The notes under the pieces are model-generated. The model made no database searches. It was not told the DNA's origin and was given only the letters and a program-made list of their open reading frames with translations. A stretch of 32,000 nucleotides of DNA, taken from Kiritimatiella glycovorans (GTDB taxonomy: Bacteria; Verrucomicrobiota; Kiritimatiellia; Kiritimatiellales; Kiritimatiellaceae). Each line of letters opens with the position of its first letter. The first letter of the stretch is position 1. Below, one piece after another: positions 8,172 through 17,216 of the stretch. The position numbers were made by a program, and so were the translations under genes. The DNA is taken from positions 2,580,001 to 2,612,000 of the forward strand of contig NZ_CP010904.1 of assembly GCF_001017655.1 (NCBI RefSeq). Direction: 5' to 3'.

Positions 8172-10400
8172 TCAGCTCCCGAACTCAAAATCGTGCTCGC
8201 CCGGGTCAACCTCCTGAACACCGTCCGGGAGGTGAACCTCCGCCGGAACCGGCGTCGCGATCAAGAGATGATATCCGCTGTCGGTCTGTTCCCACGCCAC
8301 GCCGATGAGACCGTGCGGCGATTCGTACGAGAGCTTCACCCGGTCGAGCGACGGCGTGCATCCCGGAACGACCCGCAGCCTGCCGAACCCGGGCGCGGCG
8401 GGCTGAAGCCCGGCGAGCGATTCAATCATCCACTCGCAGACGGCCCCGAAGGCGTAGTGGTTGAACGAGTTCATGGCCGCGTCGCCGAAGCCGTGTTCGT
8501 GCGACCATGAGTTCCAGCGTTCCCAGATCGTGGTAGCCCCGTTTTTCACTTCATAGAGCCACGAGGGATAGTCCTCTCTCAAAAGCAGCTCCACGGCGAG
8601 GTCATGCCGCCCGGAGCGGGTCAGGGCGGGACAGAGAAGGCCCGTACCGACAAATCCGGTGGTGAGGTGGCCGCATTGCTCGACATCGGCGGCGAGGTCG
8701 TTCGCCGCACTTTGCCATGCGTCACCCTCGAGCAGGTCGAACGCGACCGCCAGCGCCGCGGCGGTCTGGGTGCGGACGGCGAGATGGCCGTCCGCGTCGA
8801 GAAACCGTTCCCTGAAGTCGTCGCGCGCCCTCCGCTCCTGCCCGGCGAGCCGCGCTTCGTCGTCGTGGTACCCGAGTGCCTGCGCCATCTCGCGCATCAG
8901 CCGCACATCGTAAGCGCGGTAGGCCTTGCCGATGTATTCGTCGGGGGTGGGGCTGTCGAGGTTCAGCCAGTCTCCGTAGGACCATGCGTTCGGGCCGTTA
9001 TGCGTATTGCCGGGCGTAAACAGGTAGTCGATGTAGCGATTCATCGCATCCCACCAGCGTTCGGCGAAGCGAAGTTCCCCGTACGTGCGCCACAGCATGT
9101 ACGGACAGATAATCCCCGCATCACCCCACGCGGCCCGGCCGTGGCCGAGCCGCTCGAGATCGGGCGCGACATCCGGATACGCGCCATCCGCACGCTGGGC
9201 GTCGTGCAGGTCCTGCAGCCACTTTTCGTAAAACGCGCGCACGTCCGAGAGATACGTGGCGGTCTTCATAAAGATCTGCGCGTCGCCGGTCCAGCCCAGC
9301 CGTTCGTCCCGCTGCGGGCAGTCGGTGGGCACCTCGAGGTAGTTGCCGAGAAACCCCCACCAGGCGTTTTCGAAGAGACGGTTCACGCGCGGGTCGGAGC
9401 ACTGAAACTCCGCGGTGCGGTTATGAACGGAGGAGAATACGACGCCTGTCACGGTGTCACACGGCGGCGCGACGGGCAGACCGGCAATCTGCACATACCG
9501 GAAGCCGTGGAAGGTGAAACGCGGCTGCCAGGTCTCGTCCGTCGCCCCCTTCGCGGTGTAGCGGTCCTCCGCCCGCGCGGCCCGAAGATTATCCGTGTAC
9601 ACCGATCCGTCCGCCTCGAGCATCTCGCCGTGACGCAGCACGAGTTCGGTGTCGCGCGGGACGTTGAGTTTCAGCCGGCATGCCCCGACCATGTTCTGGC
9701 CCAAATCGAAAACATGATCTCCGTTCGGGAGGGCGTGGACTGCGACCGCGGGGAGTTCGTCGACCGCCCGCACCGGAATGCCGGGACACGGCTCGACTGT
9801 GACCGTAGCGGGCGGCTCCCGCACCGCGACCGGGCCCCACTTTCCCGGCGGGGTGAGCATGCCGGGATCGAATTCGGGCTCGTATTCCGACGCGCTCCAG
9901 TCCCCGGGTTCCTCGCGCGCGTCGTACCACTCGCCCATCAGCAGGTCGGCGCGAAGGACAGGGCTCGCGCGCCCGATCCAGGACTCATCGGAGACGATCG
10001 TCTCCGTGGCGCCGTCCGCGCCCGTGAGGTGCAGCTCGCAGGAGAAGAGGGCCTCGGGCCCGTAAAACCCCTTGTCCTCGAAAGGCCCGATGTACCCCGC
10101 GTACCAGCCGGGGGCCAGCACGGCGCCGAGGACATTCGTGCCCGGCCGGATGCGGCCGGTGAGGTCGTACTCCTGAACATAGACGCGCTTGCGGTAATCG
10201 CTCCACCCCGGGCGGAACAGGTCGTCGGTCACGCGTTCCCCGTTGAGCCACAATTCGCAGATCCCCAGCGCCGTCGCGCGCAGGCGGGCCTGCGCGAGCG
10301 TCCGCGGCGCCTCGAAGGCCCTCCTCAGCAACGGCACCGTCGGATTCCACCCGAACCGTATCCACTCCCCCTGCCAAACCGTTGTCCGTTCCGATTGCAT
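8172..10400 (-). CDS. Alpha-L-rhamnosidase, glycoside hydrolase family 78
   Basis: GH78 hallmarks: LRATALGICELWLNGERV, GWYAGYIG, CPQRDERLGWTGDAQIF, WLNLDSPTP, TIWERWNSW. The ORF stays open to 10550 but that start is TTG. ATG 10400 (MQSERTTVWQGEWI) follows GGGGAGA and matches typical GH78 N-termini. ATG 10448 is also possible. Confidence 0.9.
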   Translation of the reverse strand: MQSERTTVWQGEWIRFGWNPTVPLLRRAFEAPRTLAQARLRATALGICELWLNGERVTDDLFRPGWSDYRKRVYVQEYDLTGRIRPGTNVLGAVLAPGWYAGYIGPFEDKGFYGPEALFSCELHLTGADGATETIVSDESWIGRASPVLRADLLMGEWYDAREEPGDWSASEYEPEFDPGMLTPPGKWGPVAVREPPATVTVEPCPGIPVRAVDELPAVAVHALPNGDHVFDLGQNMVGACRLKLNVPRDTELVLRHGEMLEADGSVYTDNLRAARAEDRYTAKGATDETWQPRFTFHGFRYVQIAGLPVAPPCDTVTGVVFSSVHNRTAEFQCSDPRVNRLFENAWWGFLGNYLEVPTDCPQRDERLGWTGDAQIFMKTATYLSDVRAFYEKWLQDLHDAQRADGAYPDVAPDLERLGHGRAAWGDAGIICPYMLWRTYGELRFAERWWDAMNRYIDYLFTPGNTHNGPNAWSYGDWLNLDSPTPDEYIGKAYRAYDVRLMREMAQALGYHDDEARLAGQERRARDDFRERFLDADGHLAVRTQTAAALAVAFDLLEGDAWQSAANDLAADVEQCGHLTTGFVGTGLLCPALTRSGRHDLAVELLLREDYPSWLYEVKNGATTIWERWNSWSHEHGFGDAAMNSFNHYAFGAVCEWMIESLAGLQPAAPGFGRLRVVPGCTPSLDRVKLSYESPHGLIGVAWEQTDSGYHLLIATPVPAEVHLPDGVQEVDPGEHDFEFGS

Positions 10401-10584
10401 CCGGTCTCCCCGTGCGTTTATATCCGCGGTTTTTTGCATGCGATCCATGGCACGCCCTGTGTCCTTCGCGCTTTTCCGGGCGTGGGCTTCCTCCGGCGGG
10501 GCGTGAAGCAGTCCGCGCCGGGGAAAACGCGGGTTGAAAAGGCGATGCAACCGCGCTCCGAAGCTCGCTCATGCGCGTGAATTG

Positions 10585-10615
10585 AAAAAGCCCCCTGCCC
10601 TCGCGGGGAGGGGGC
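10585..10615 (-). terminator. Rho-independent terminator after the PEP-CTERM gene
   Basis: Minus strand reads GCCCCCTCCCC-GCGA-GGGCAGGGGGC (11-bp GC stem, one mismatch) followed by TTTTTCAATT. It lies 22 nt downstream of the stop at 10637. Confidence 0.75.
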
Positions 10616-10636
10616 ATTCAGCGCGTACGACCCGGA

Positions 10637-11626
10637 TCAGGCCATGATCCGGCGACGCAGGACCATCAGCAGGCCGAACAGACCGAGCAGACCGAACGTC
10701 GCCGGCTCCGGAATGACGGTCCCCGAAAATTCCAGTTCCTTATTCGAGGCCTCACGGCTCAGCGTCCAGTCCTCAATATTCACCGTCTGGAGCACACCGG
10801 TGAGCGCATTGAACGCATCCAGCGTAATGGCATTGGTCGTCTTAAACAACGTTACCGAGAACGCACCATCAGGCGCGTCGCCGGCATCAATGGTGAAACC
10901 AATGTCATCGCCATCGTCCCGGACGGTGAGCCCTTGAGCCGAAATCGTGGATACCCCGGCCGAATCCGAGAGGCGGAACGAGACATCCGCGGAACCGGTA
11001 TGGTTCGTATCGCCCCATGCAAACACCGCATTGTTCACGCGGATTGAAGCATCGTCGTCAAGCACCTGAAACGAGCAGTCGCTCAGCCACATATTGCCGT
11101 CGCCGTTCAGGGTCAACGAGCCGCCGCTTACCTTCATATATCCCCGGCCGCGATGGCCGATGAACGCATTCCGGTCTACCGTCAACGAACCGCTGTTGAG
11201 ATTTACCGTCGATCCGTCTTCTGCGACACCGTCGGCGTCCAAGTCAGACGCAATGAAGAGATCCTGTCCCATACCCACGGAACCCCCGTCCAGGGTCAGC
11301 GTACCGACACCCTCATACCCGACGTACACTTTGGCTGCGCATTCAACAGCGCCCCCCGAATTGATCGTCAAGCTGTTGGCCGGTGGATCGTCCTTCCCCC
11401 GCGCCACCTGGATATTAAGAATCGTGCCGACGTCGTCGTTGAGATAACCGCCTTTACCGTCCTGGGTAAACAGCGCATTATCTCCCACGCCGGGGAGCGA
11501 TCCCCCCTGGTTCCAGCTCGCCCCGTTCGTCCACTGTGTGCCGTTACCGATCCAGACGAAGTTATCCCCCCCCTGCGCGCCCGCCGCAAACAGGATCAGC
11601 GCAACCATTACGCAAAACCTCTTCAT
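10637..11626 (-). CDS. PEP-CTERM-anchored secreted protein with beta-strand repeat body
   Basis: The C-terminus VIPEPATFGLLGLFGLLMVLRRRIMA is a PEP motif plus TM helix plus basic tail (exosortase sorting signal). N-terminal signal peptide. Gly/Asn/Thr/Ser-rich repeats (NFVWIGNGTQWTNGASWNQGG). SD AAGGAGG before ATG 11626. Confidence 0.9.
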   Translation of the reverse strand: MKRFCVMVALILFAAGAQGGDNFVWIGNGTQWTNGASWNQGGSLPGVGDNALFTQDGKGGYLNDDVGTILNIQVARGKDDPPANSLTINSGGAVECAAKVYVGYEGVGTLTLDGGSVGMGQDLFIASDLDADGVAEDGSTVNLNSGSLTVDRNAFIGHRGRGYMKVSGGSLTLNGDGNMWLSDCSFQVLDDDASIRVNNAVFAWGDTNHTGSADVSFRLSDSAGVSTISAQGLTVRDDGDDIGFTIDAGDAPDGAFSVTLFKTTNAITLDAFNALTGVLQTVNIEDWTLSREASNKELEFSGTVIPEPATFGLLGLFGLLMVLRRRIMA

Positions 11627-11687
11627 TCTCGTACCTCCTTGTGTTTGCTGTCTCCCCTCACACCATTCAAAGGCAATCCCCGCATCG

Positions 11688-11700
11688 TGGTCTTATACCA
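11688..11700. promoter_or_regulatory. Candidate GntR-type operator (TGGT-N5-ACCA) in the divergent intergenic region
   Basis: TGGTCTTATACCA lies between the PEP-CTERM gene and the GntR-family gene. The outer TGGT/ACCA half-sites are palindromic, like FadR-type GntR operators. Single occurrence, unverified. Confidence 0.25.
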
Positions 11701-11810
11701 TAGGACATACATGCATCCGGACGCGGCTGTCCAGATTTTTTATCTATATTTTTTCCGGCCCGGAATCCGCTTGATTTTCGCGACGGGGGTCGTCATAGGG
11801 TTTTCAGCCC

Positions 11811-12941
11811 ATGGGAACCCGCACTCAAAGCAAACATCGTGTCATCAGCGCCGAACTGCTCGGCAGGATCCGCGCCGGAAAGCTGAAGCCCGGGGAGCGC
11901 CTCCCCTCCGAACGGGCCCTGGCCGCCGAGTACGGGGTGGCGCGGCTGACCGCACGGCGGGCGTTGTCCGACCTCGAAGAGCGGGGGCTGGTCCGGCGCA
12001 ACGGACAGCGGGGCACGACGGTGCTCGACGATCTCAACCGGGAAGCGCGCACCCTCACGTTACTTTGTTCGGCCGCACCGTTTTCGATCACGGAGGAGAC
12101 GATCCGGCTGGTGCTGCAGAAGGCGGAGGATCGCGACTACGGGGTGCGGGTCATCCGCGTGATGGAGAACGATGAAAAACCGATGCTCGAGGCCCTGAAG
12201 GTCGGCAACCCCACCATGATCTTCGGGTGGCCGGAGGAGATCTCGCCTTACGGCAGACTCGAACGGGCCGTGCGCAACGCCGGCGATCACGTCGCACTGA
12301 TCGCGGGGCGCATCGAGGGCGATCCGGTGCCGACGGTCACCTGCGACGACCGACGGGGCGTAAAGATGGCCGTCGACCATCTCAGGAAAGCCGGGCACAA
12401 AAAGATCGCGCTCATCGCCCCGAACATCGATCCGGCCCACTCCGTGCTCTCCGTTCAGATCGAGACGTGGCGTGAGGCGGTGTGCGATGTAATGAATGAA
12501 GACGAGATGCGTCGACACTGTATCGCCTTTGACAGCCAGTACGCCAAACATGCACTGATCGAGACCTTCAACCGGTTAAAAAAATACCTTCGCGCCGCGG
12601 AATCGGACTCTGTCACCGCCCTGCTGTGCCTGACGGAAGAACTCGCCACCGCCGCCCTCGCCGCCTGCCGGGCCAAGGGACGATCCGTACCGGACGATAT
12701 GTCAATTATGGAATACGCCTGGACGCCGCGCAGCGAATTGTTCAACCCGCCGCGCACGGGTGTTAATCCTCACCTCGACCGCCATGTCGAGATCGCCTTC
12801 GATCTGCTGGAGCAATGCAGGGCCGGCAAGACCCCCTCCGGGCTTCACCGGCTCGTCCGCCCGGAACTGATCGAGCGCGAGACCGTCGGCCCCATGATGC
12901 GATCATGCCCGCAGGTCCGCGCAGCGGGGCCAGGGCCGTGA
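11811..12941 (+). CDS. Transcriptional regulator: GntR-type winged HTH fused to a LacI/PBP1-type sugar-binding domain
   Basis: N-terminus RVISAELLGRIRAGKLKPGERLPSERALAAEYGVARLTARRALSDLEERGLVRRNGQRGTTV is a GntR HTH. The remainder resembles a periplasmic-binding-protein type 1 effector domain (HKKIALIAPN..., LLCLTEELATAALAACRAKGRSVPDDMSI). The last ~11 codons and the stop lie inside a REP-like repeat. Confidence 0.85.
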   Translation: MGTRTQSKHRVISAELLGRIRAGKLKPGERLPSERALAAEYGVARLTARRALSDLEERGLVRRNGQRGTTVLDDLNREARTLTLLCSAAPFSITEETIRLVLQKAEDRDYGVRVIRVMENDEKPMLEALKVGNPTMIFGWPEEISPYGRLERAVRNAGDHVALIAGRIEGDPVPTVTCDDRRGVKMAVDHLRKAGHKKIALIAPNIDPAHSVLSVQIETWREAVCDVMNEDEMRRHCIAFDSQYAKHALIETFNRLKKYLRAAESDSVTALLCLTEELATAALAACRAKGRSVPDDMSIMEYAWTPRSELFNPPRTGVNPHLDRHVEIAFDLLEQCRAGKTPSGLHRLVRPELIERETVGPMMRSCPQVRAAGPGP

Positions 12942-13022
12942 TCTTATAACGCGCCTGGCCTGCCGGGGGGCAGGCTTACGGCGCTACTACGAACGATATC
13001 ACGCGCCTTGGCCCTTCGAACG
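12908..13022. repeat. REP-like repeat, locus 1 (leader + one stem-loop unit + degenerate second unit)
   Basis: GCCCGCAGGTCCGCGCAGCGGGGCCAGGGCCGTGATCTT...GCCTGGCCTGCCGGGGGGCAGGCTTACGGCGCTACTACGAACGATATCACGC closely matches 30862-30975. It contains the hairpin GCCTGCC-GGGG-GGCAGGC. Confidence 0.8.
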
Positions 13023-13138
13023 CTGGCGGCGCGGCTGCGGCCCGCAGGTCCGCGGGCTTTTATTCGCCGGTCTTTACCGGTAGACTGTCCGGCGTCGAAG
13101 CGCAGCACAGTACACATCCGCAAGGGGAGACGGCAGCT

Positions 13139-15805
13139 ATGGACGATGACCCGCGACCGCGAGAGGATCTCGAAAAGCAGGACTGGCTGGAGGCGCTCGA
13201 CGAGCTGATCGACACGTCCGGGCCGGAGCGCGTGAAGGACATCCTGCACGACCTGCAGGTCCGCGCCCACCAGCGCGAGGTCCGCCTCCCCTACTCGGCC
13301 AACACGCCCTACATCAACACCATCCCCGTCAGCCGGCAGCCGCGCTATCCCGGCGACCGCGAGATGGAACGCCGCATCAAGAGCCTGATCCGGTGGAACG
13401 CGATGGCGATGGTCGTGCGCGCCAACCGCGAGGAGGACGGGATCGGCGGTCACATCTCAACCTATCAGTCGATGGCCACGCTCTACGAGGTCGGGTTCAA
13501 CCATTTCTTCCGCGGACGCACCGAAACCTTCCCCGGCGACCTCGTCTATTTCCAGGGTCACGCCTCCCCCGGCAACTACGCCCGCGCGTTCCTCGAAGGG
13601 CGGCTCTCGGTCGACGACATCGACAACTTCCGCCACGAGCTGCACGAAAAGCCCGGCCTCTCCTCGTATCCGCACCCCTGGCTGATGCCCGATTTCTGGC
13701 AGTTTCCCACCGTGTCGATGGGCCTCGGGCCGATCACGGCCATCTACCAGGCGCGCTTCATCCGCTACCTGGAGGACCGCGGGATGCGCAAACCCGCCGG
13801 ACAGCGCGTGTGGGCCTTCCTCGGCGACGGCGAATGCGACGAGCCCGAGACGCTCGGCGCCATCGCGCTGGCGGCGCGCGAGAAGCTCGACAACCTCACC
13901 TTCGTGATCAACTGCAACCTGCAGCGGCTCGACGGGCCGGTCCGCGGCAACGGGAAGATCATCCAGGAACTCGAGGCCGACTTCCGCGGCGCGGGCTGGA
14001 ACGTGATCAAGGTCATCTGGGGCGCGGACTGGGATCCGCTGCTCGAGCGCGACGAGGACGGCGTACTGGTCAGGCGGATGAACGAGACGGTCGACGGCCG
14101 GTTCCAGAAGTACACGGTCGAGGACGGCGCGTACATCCGTGAGGATTTCTTCGGGGCGGACCCCCGGCTGGAGAAACGGGTCGAGCATCTCTCCGACGAT
14201 CAGCTCCGGCGTCTGCGCCGCGGCGGGCACGACCCGGAAAAGGTCTACGCCGCCTACCGCGCCGCGACCGGGCATGCCGGCGCGCCGACGGTGATCATCG
14301 CCAAGACGGTCAAGGGCTACGGGCTCGGACGCGCGGGCGAGGGGCAGAACATCACACACGCCCAGAAAAAGCTGAACGAGGAGGCGCTGCGCGAATTCCG
14401 CGACCGTTTCGGCATCCCGATCTCCGACGACCAGCTCAGTACCGTACCCTTTTACCGCCCCCCCGAAGACAGCCCCGAACTCCGCTACCTGATGGAACGC
14501 CGGAACGAACTGGGCGGGTTTCTTCCGCAGCGGACGGAGGACGCGCCGCCGCTGGGCGGGGCGGACGACTCCGTGTTCGAGGAATTCCTGGGCGGAACCG
14601 ACCGGCCGGCCTCGACCACGATGGTCTACGTGCGGCTGCTCGGGAAACTGCTGCGCGACAAGAATATCGGGCGCCACCTCGTCCCCATCGTCCCGGACGA
14701 GGCGCGCACGTTCGGGATGGAGGCGCTCTTCCGGCAGTGCGGCATCTACTCGCATCCCGGCCAGCTCTACGAGCCGGTGGACAAGGAAAACCTCCTGTAC
14801 TACAAGGAGGTGAAGGACGGGCAGATCCTCGAGGAGGGGATCACCGAGGCGGGCGGCATGTCGTCGTTCATCGCGGCGGGGAGCGCCTACGCGACCCACG
14901 GGATCAACATGATCCCGTTCTTCGCCTTCTACTCCATGTTCGGCTTCCAGCGCGTCGGCGATCTCGCTTGGCTGGCGGGGGATTCGCGCTGCAAGGGGTT
15001 CCTGCTCGGCGCGACCGCCGGGCGCACGTCGCTGCCGGGCGAGGGGCTGCAGCACCAGGACGGACAGAGCCACGTCTACGCCCTGTCGATCCCCAACCTG
15101 CCGGCCTTTGATCCGGCCTACGCGTGCGAACTGGCGGTGATCATCCGCGACGGGCTGCGGCGGATGTACGTCGAGAACGAACCGGTCTTCTACTACATCA
15201 CCCTCGGCAATGAGAACTACCCCCAGGCGGCCCTGCCCGAGGGCGCGCAGGAAGGCGTGCTGAAAGGGATGTACATGCTCCAGGAACCCGAAGGGGACGA
15301 CGGACCCGAGGTGCAGCTTCTCGCCAGCGGCGCGATCGTCAATGAGGCGCGCAGGGCGGCAGATGAACTCAGAGAACACGCCGGCGTCCGCGCGACGGTC
15401 TGGTCGGTGACGAGCTGGAAGGCCCTGCTCATGGACGCACAGGACTGCGAGCGCCAACAGAGCCGGAAGGCCGGGGTGGAGGCGAGCAAGCGCAAACCGT
15501 ACGTGACGCAGTGCCTGGAAGAGACGGCCGGACCGATTATCGGCGCCTCGGACTATCTGAAAACGCTGCCGGCGTCGCTGGGGCCGTGGACGCCCCGGAA
15601 GATCGTACCGCTGGGCACGGACGGGTTCGGACGCAGCGACGGACGCGAGGCGCTGCGCGAGTTCTTCGAGGTGGACGCCGCGGCCATTGCGTGGACCGCC
15701 GCGACCGAACTCGTCCGGGCCGGGACCATGAAGGCCGGACGGCTGCAGGATCTCCGCAAACAGTGGAATGTCGACGGAGATAAACCGAACCCGGTGAATG
15801 AATGA
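13139..15805 (+). CDS. aceE: Pyruvate dehydrogenase E1 component, homodimeric type
   Basis: 888 aa with characteristic AceE motifs: IRWNAMAMVVRAN, GGHISTYQSMATLYEVGFNHFFRG, FLGDGECDEPETLGA, GYGLGRAGEGQNITHAQKK. SD GGGGAGA upstream. Confidence 0.95.
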   Translation: MDDDPRPREDLEKQDWLEALDELIDTSGPERVKDILHDLQVRAHQREVRLPYSANTPYINTIPVSRQPRYPGDREMERRIKSLIRWNAMAMVVRANREEDGIGGHISTYQSMATLYEVGFNHFFRGRTETFPGDLVYFQGHASPGNYARAFLEGRLSVDDIDNFRHELHEKPGLSSYPHPWLMPDFWQFPTVSMGLGPITAIYQARFIRYLEDRGMRKPAGQRVWAFLGDGECDEPETLGAIALAAREKLDNLTFVINCNLQRLDGPVRGNGKIIQELEADFRGAGWNVIKVIWGADWDPLLERDEDGVLVRRMNETVDGRFQKYTVEDGAYIREDFFGADPRLEKRVEHLSDDQLRRLRRGGHDPEKVYAAYRAATGHAGAPTVIIAKTVKGYGLGRAGEGQNITHAQKKLNEEALREFRDRFGIPISDDQLSTVPFYRPPEDSPELRYLMERRNELGGFLPQRTEDAPPLGGADDSVFEEFLGGTDRPASTTMVYVRLLGKLLRDKNIGRHLVPIVPDEARTFGMEALFRQCGIYSHPGQLYEPVDKENLLYYKEVKDGQILEEGITEAGGMSSFIAAGSAYATHGINMIPFFAFYSMFGFQRVGDLAWLAGDSRCKGFLLGATAGRTSLPGEGLQHQDGQSHVYALSIPNLPAFDPAYACELAVIIRDGLRRMYVENEPVFYYITLGNENYPQAALPEGAQEGVLKGMYMLQEPEGDDGPEVQLLASGAIVNEARRAADELREHAGVRATVWSVTSWKALLMDAQDCERQQSRKAGVEASKRKPYVTQCLEETAGPIIGASDYLKTLPASLGPWTPRKIVPLGTDGFGRSDGREALREFFEVDAAAIAWTAATELVRAGTMKAGRLQDLRKQWNVDGDKPNPVNE

Positions 15806-15856
15806 CCGCGAATTTAACGCAAGCACGGAAGATCACGAAAAACGGACGGTGAGACA

Positions 15857-17215
15857 ATGAGTACGAAGATGATGCTGCCCGAGCTGGGCGAAAATGTTGA
15901 AAACGGCGACATCGTACAGGTCATGGTGAGCCCCGGCGACACGATTGCGAAGGACCAGCCGGTCCTGGAGATCGAGGCCGGCAAGGCGAGCATGGAGGTC
16001 CCCTCCACCGTCGAAGGCGAGATCGAAGAGGTCCATATCAAGGAAGGCCAGACCGTCTCGGTCGGCGATGTCGTGCTGTCGGTGAAGTCGGAAACTGGGG
16101 CAGAGACAGAGGCAGAATCAGAGTTAGAGTCAGAGTCAGAATCAGAGTCAGAGTTAGAGGCAGAGGCAGAGTTAGAGGCAGAGTCGGGATCGGGGGAGGC
16201 GTCGGCGGAAGAGGAACAGGAACCGGAGCCGCCGCCGAAACGGGAAGCGCCTGAAGGACCGGCAAAGCAGGAGAAGAGGGCGGCCGGCAAGGCGGTAGCC
16301 GCGTCGCCGAAGGTGCGGCGGCTCGCCCGTGAACTGGGCGTCGACATCCATGAGGTTCCCGCCTCCAAACCCGACGAGCGGATCAGCGAAGAGGACGTAA
16401 AGAACTTCGCCCGCTCCCTGCTCGAGGACCGCGAACGCGGCGGCGGGCCTTCACCCGCGCGCCCCTCGCTCCACCACGCCATGCCCCTTCCGGACTTCAG
16501 CCGCTGGGGCGAGGTCCGCCGCGAGCGGATGAGCCAGACCCGCAAGGCGACGATGGAGCATCTGACCTCGGCGTGGTTTGCGATTCCCCACGTGACGCAG
16601 CACGACCGCGCGGAGATCACGCGGCTCGAGGAACTCCGTGAAAAGTTTCAGCCGAACGTGGAGAAGGAGGGCGGCAAGCTCACCCTGACCGCCATCCTCA
16701 TCAAGATGCTGGCGGGCGCGCTCAAGGTCTTCCCGCGGCTGAACTGCAGCATCGATCCCGCGAACGAGGAAATCATCTACAAGGACTACGTCCACATCGG
16801 CGTCGCGGTCGACACCGATCGCGGGCTGCTGGTGCCGGTGCTCCGCGACGCGGACCGGAAGAACATCAAGCAGATCGCCGTGGAGACCGGGGAGCTGGCC
16901 CGGAAGGCGCGCGAGGGGAAGATGAGCCGCGAGGATCTGGAGGGCGGCACCTTCACGCTCACGAACATCGGGGGGATCGGCGGATCCTTTTTCACGCCGA
17001 TCATCAACGCGCCGGAGGTGGCGATTCTCGGTGTCGGCCGCGCCACGCTGGAACCCTGCATGGGACGGGATGAGAATCTCTGTCGGCCCCGGCTCCGGCT
17101 CCCGCTCTCCCTGAGCTACGACCACCGGATCATCGACGGCGCCGACGGCGCCCGCTTCCTGAAATGGGTCGTCGATGCGCTGGAAGAACCGATGCTTCTT
17201 TCGCTGGAGGGCTGA
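15857..17215 (+). CDS. aceF: Dihydrolipoamide acetyltransferase (PDH E2), single lipoyl domain
   Basis: Lipoyl domain (VLEIEAGKASMEVPS; lipoyl-Lys codon 15983-15985). E3/E1-binding domain (ASPKVRRLARELGVDIHEV). Catalytic domain with DHRIIDGADGARFL. Confidence 0.93.
   Translation: MSTKMMLPELGENVENGDIVQVMVSPGDTIAKDQPVLEIEAGKASMEVPSTVEGEIEEVHIKEGQTVSVGDVVLSVKSETGAETEAESELESESESESELEAEAELEAESGSGEASAEEEQEPEPPPKREAPEGPAKQEKRAAGKAVAASPKVRRLARELGVDIHEVPASKPDERISEEDVKNFARSLLEDRERGGGPSPARPSLHHAMPLPDFSRWGEVRRERMSQTRKATMEHLTSAWFAIPHVTQHDRAEITRLEELREKFQPNVEKEGGKLTLTAILIKMLAGALKVFPRLNCSIDPANEEIIYKDYVHIGVAVDTDRGLLVPVLRDADRKNIKQIAVETGELARKAREGKMSREDLEGGTFTLTNIGGIGGSFFTPIINAPEVAILGVGRATLEPCMGRDENLCRPRLRLPLSLSYDHRIIDGADGARFLKWVVDALEEPMLLSLEG
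16100..16183 (+). repeat. 14 tandem hexanucleotide units (NNA-GAR) encoding an (X-Glu)14 acidic linker in E2
   Basis: gcagag acagag gcagaa tcagag ttagag tcagag tcagaa tcagag tcagag ttagag gcagag gcagag ttagag gcagag, in frame, gives AETEAESELESESESESELEAEAELEAE. Confidence 0.9.
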
Positions 17216-17216
17216 A

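Noticed and set aside
10401-10550. Upstream extensions of track ORFs using non-ATG starts (TTG 10550 for GH78; GTG 2850 and GTG 6550 for two sulfatases; 17175 for the small post-aceF gene)
   Set aside because: In each case a downstream ATG has a properly spaced Shine-Dalgarno sequence and gives a more typical N-terminus. The extensions are probably not translated, although this cannot be proven from sequence.
811-10580. Very long plus-strand ORFs (811-2208, 2932-5139, 4910-6613, 6459-8141, 8604-10580) antisense to the sulfatase/GH genes
   Set aside because: They mirror well-supported minus-strand genes and their products are Arg/Gly/Pro/Ala-rich with no motifs. These are typical shadow ORFs of high-GC DNA, where stop codons are rare on the antisense strand.
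16100-16183. Tandem repeat considered as a possible CRISPR array or minisatellite locus
   Set aside because: The 6-nt period has no spacers and lies in frame inside aceF. It is a coding microsatellite, not a CRISPR array.
13457-16620. Minus-strand ORFs 13457-15826 (789 aa) and 15814-16620 (268 aa, Ser/Asp-rich) antisense to aceE and aceF
   Set aside because: They are shadow ORFs opposite unambiguous PDH genes. The Ser-rich repeat is only the reverse complement of the (X-Glu)n linker microsatellite.
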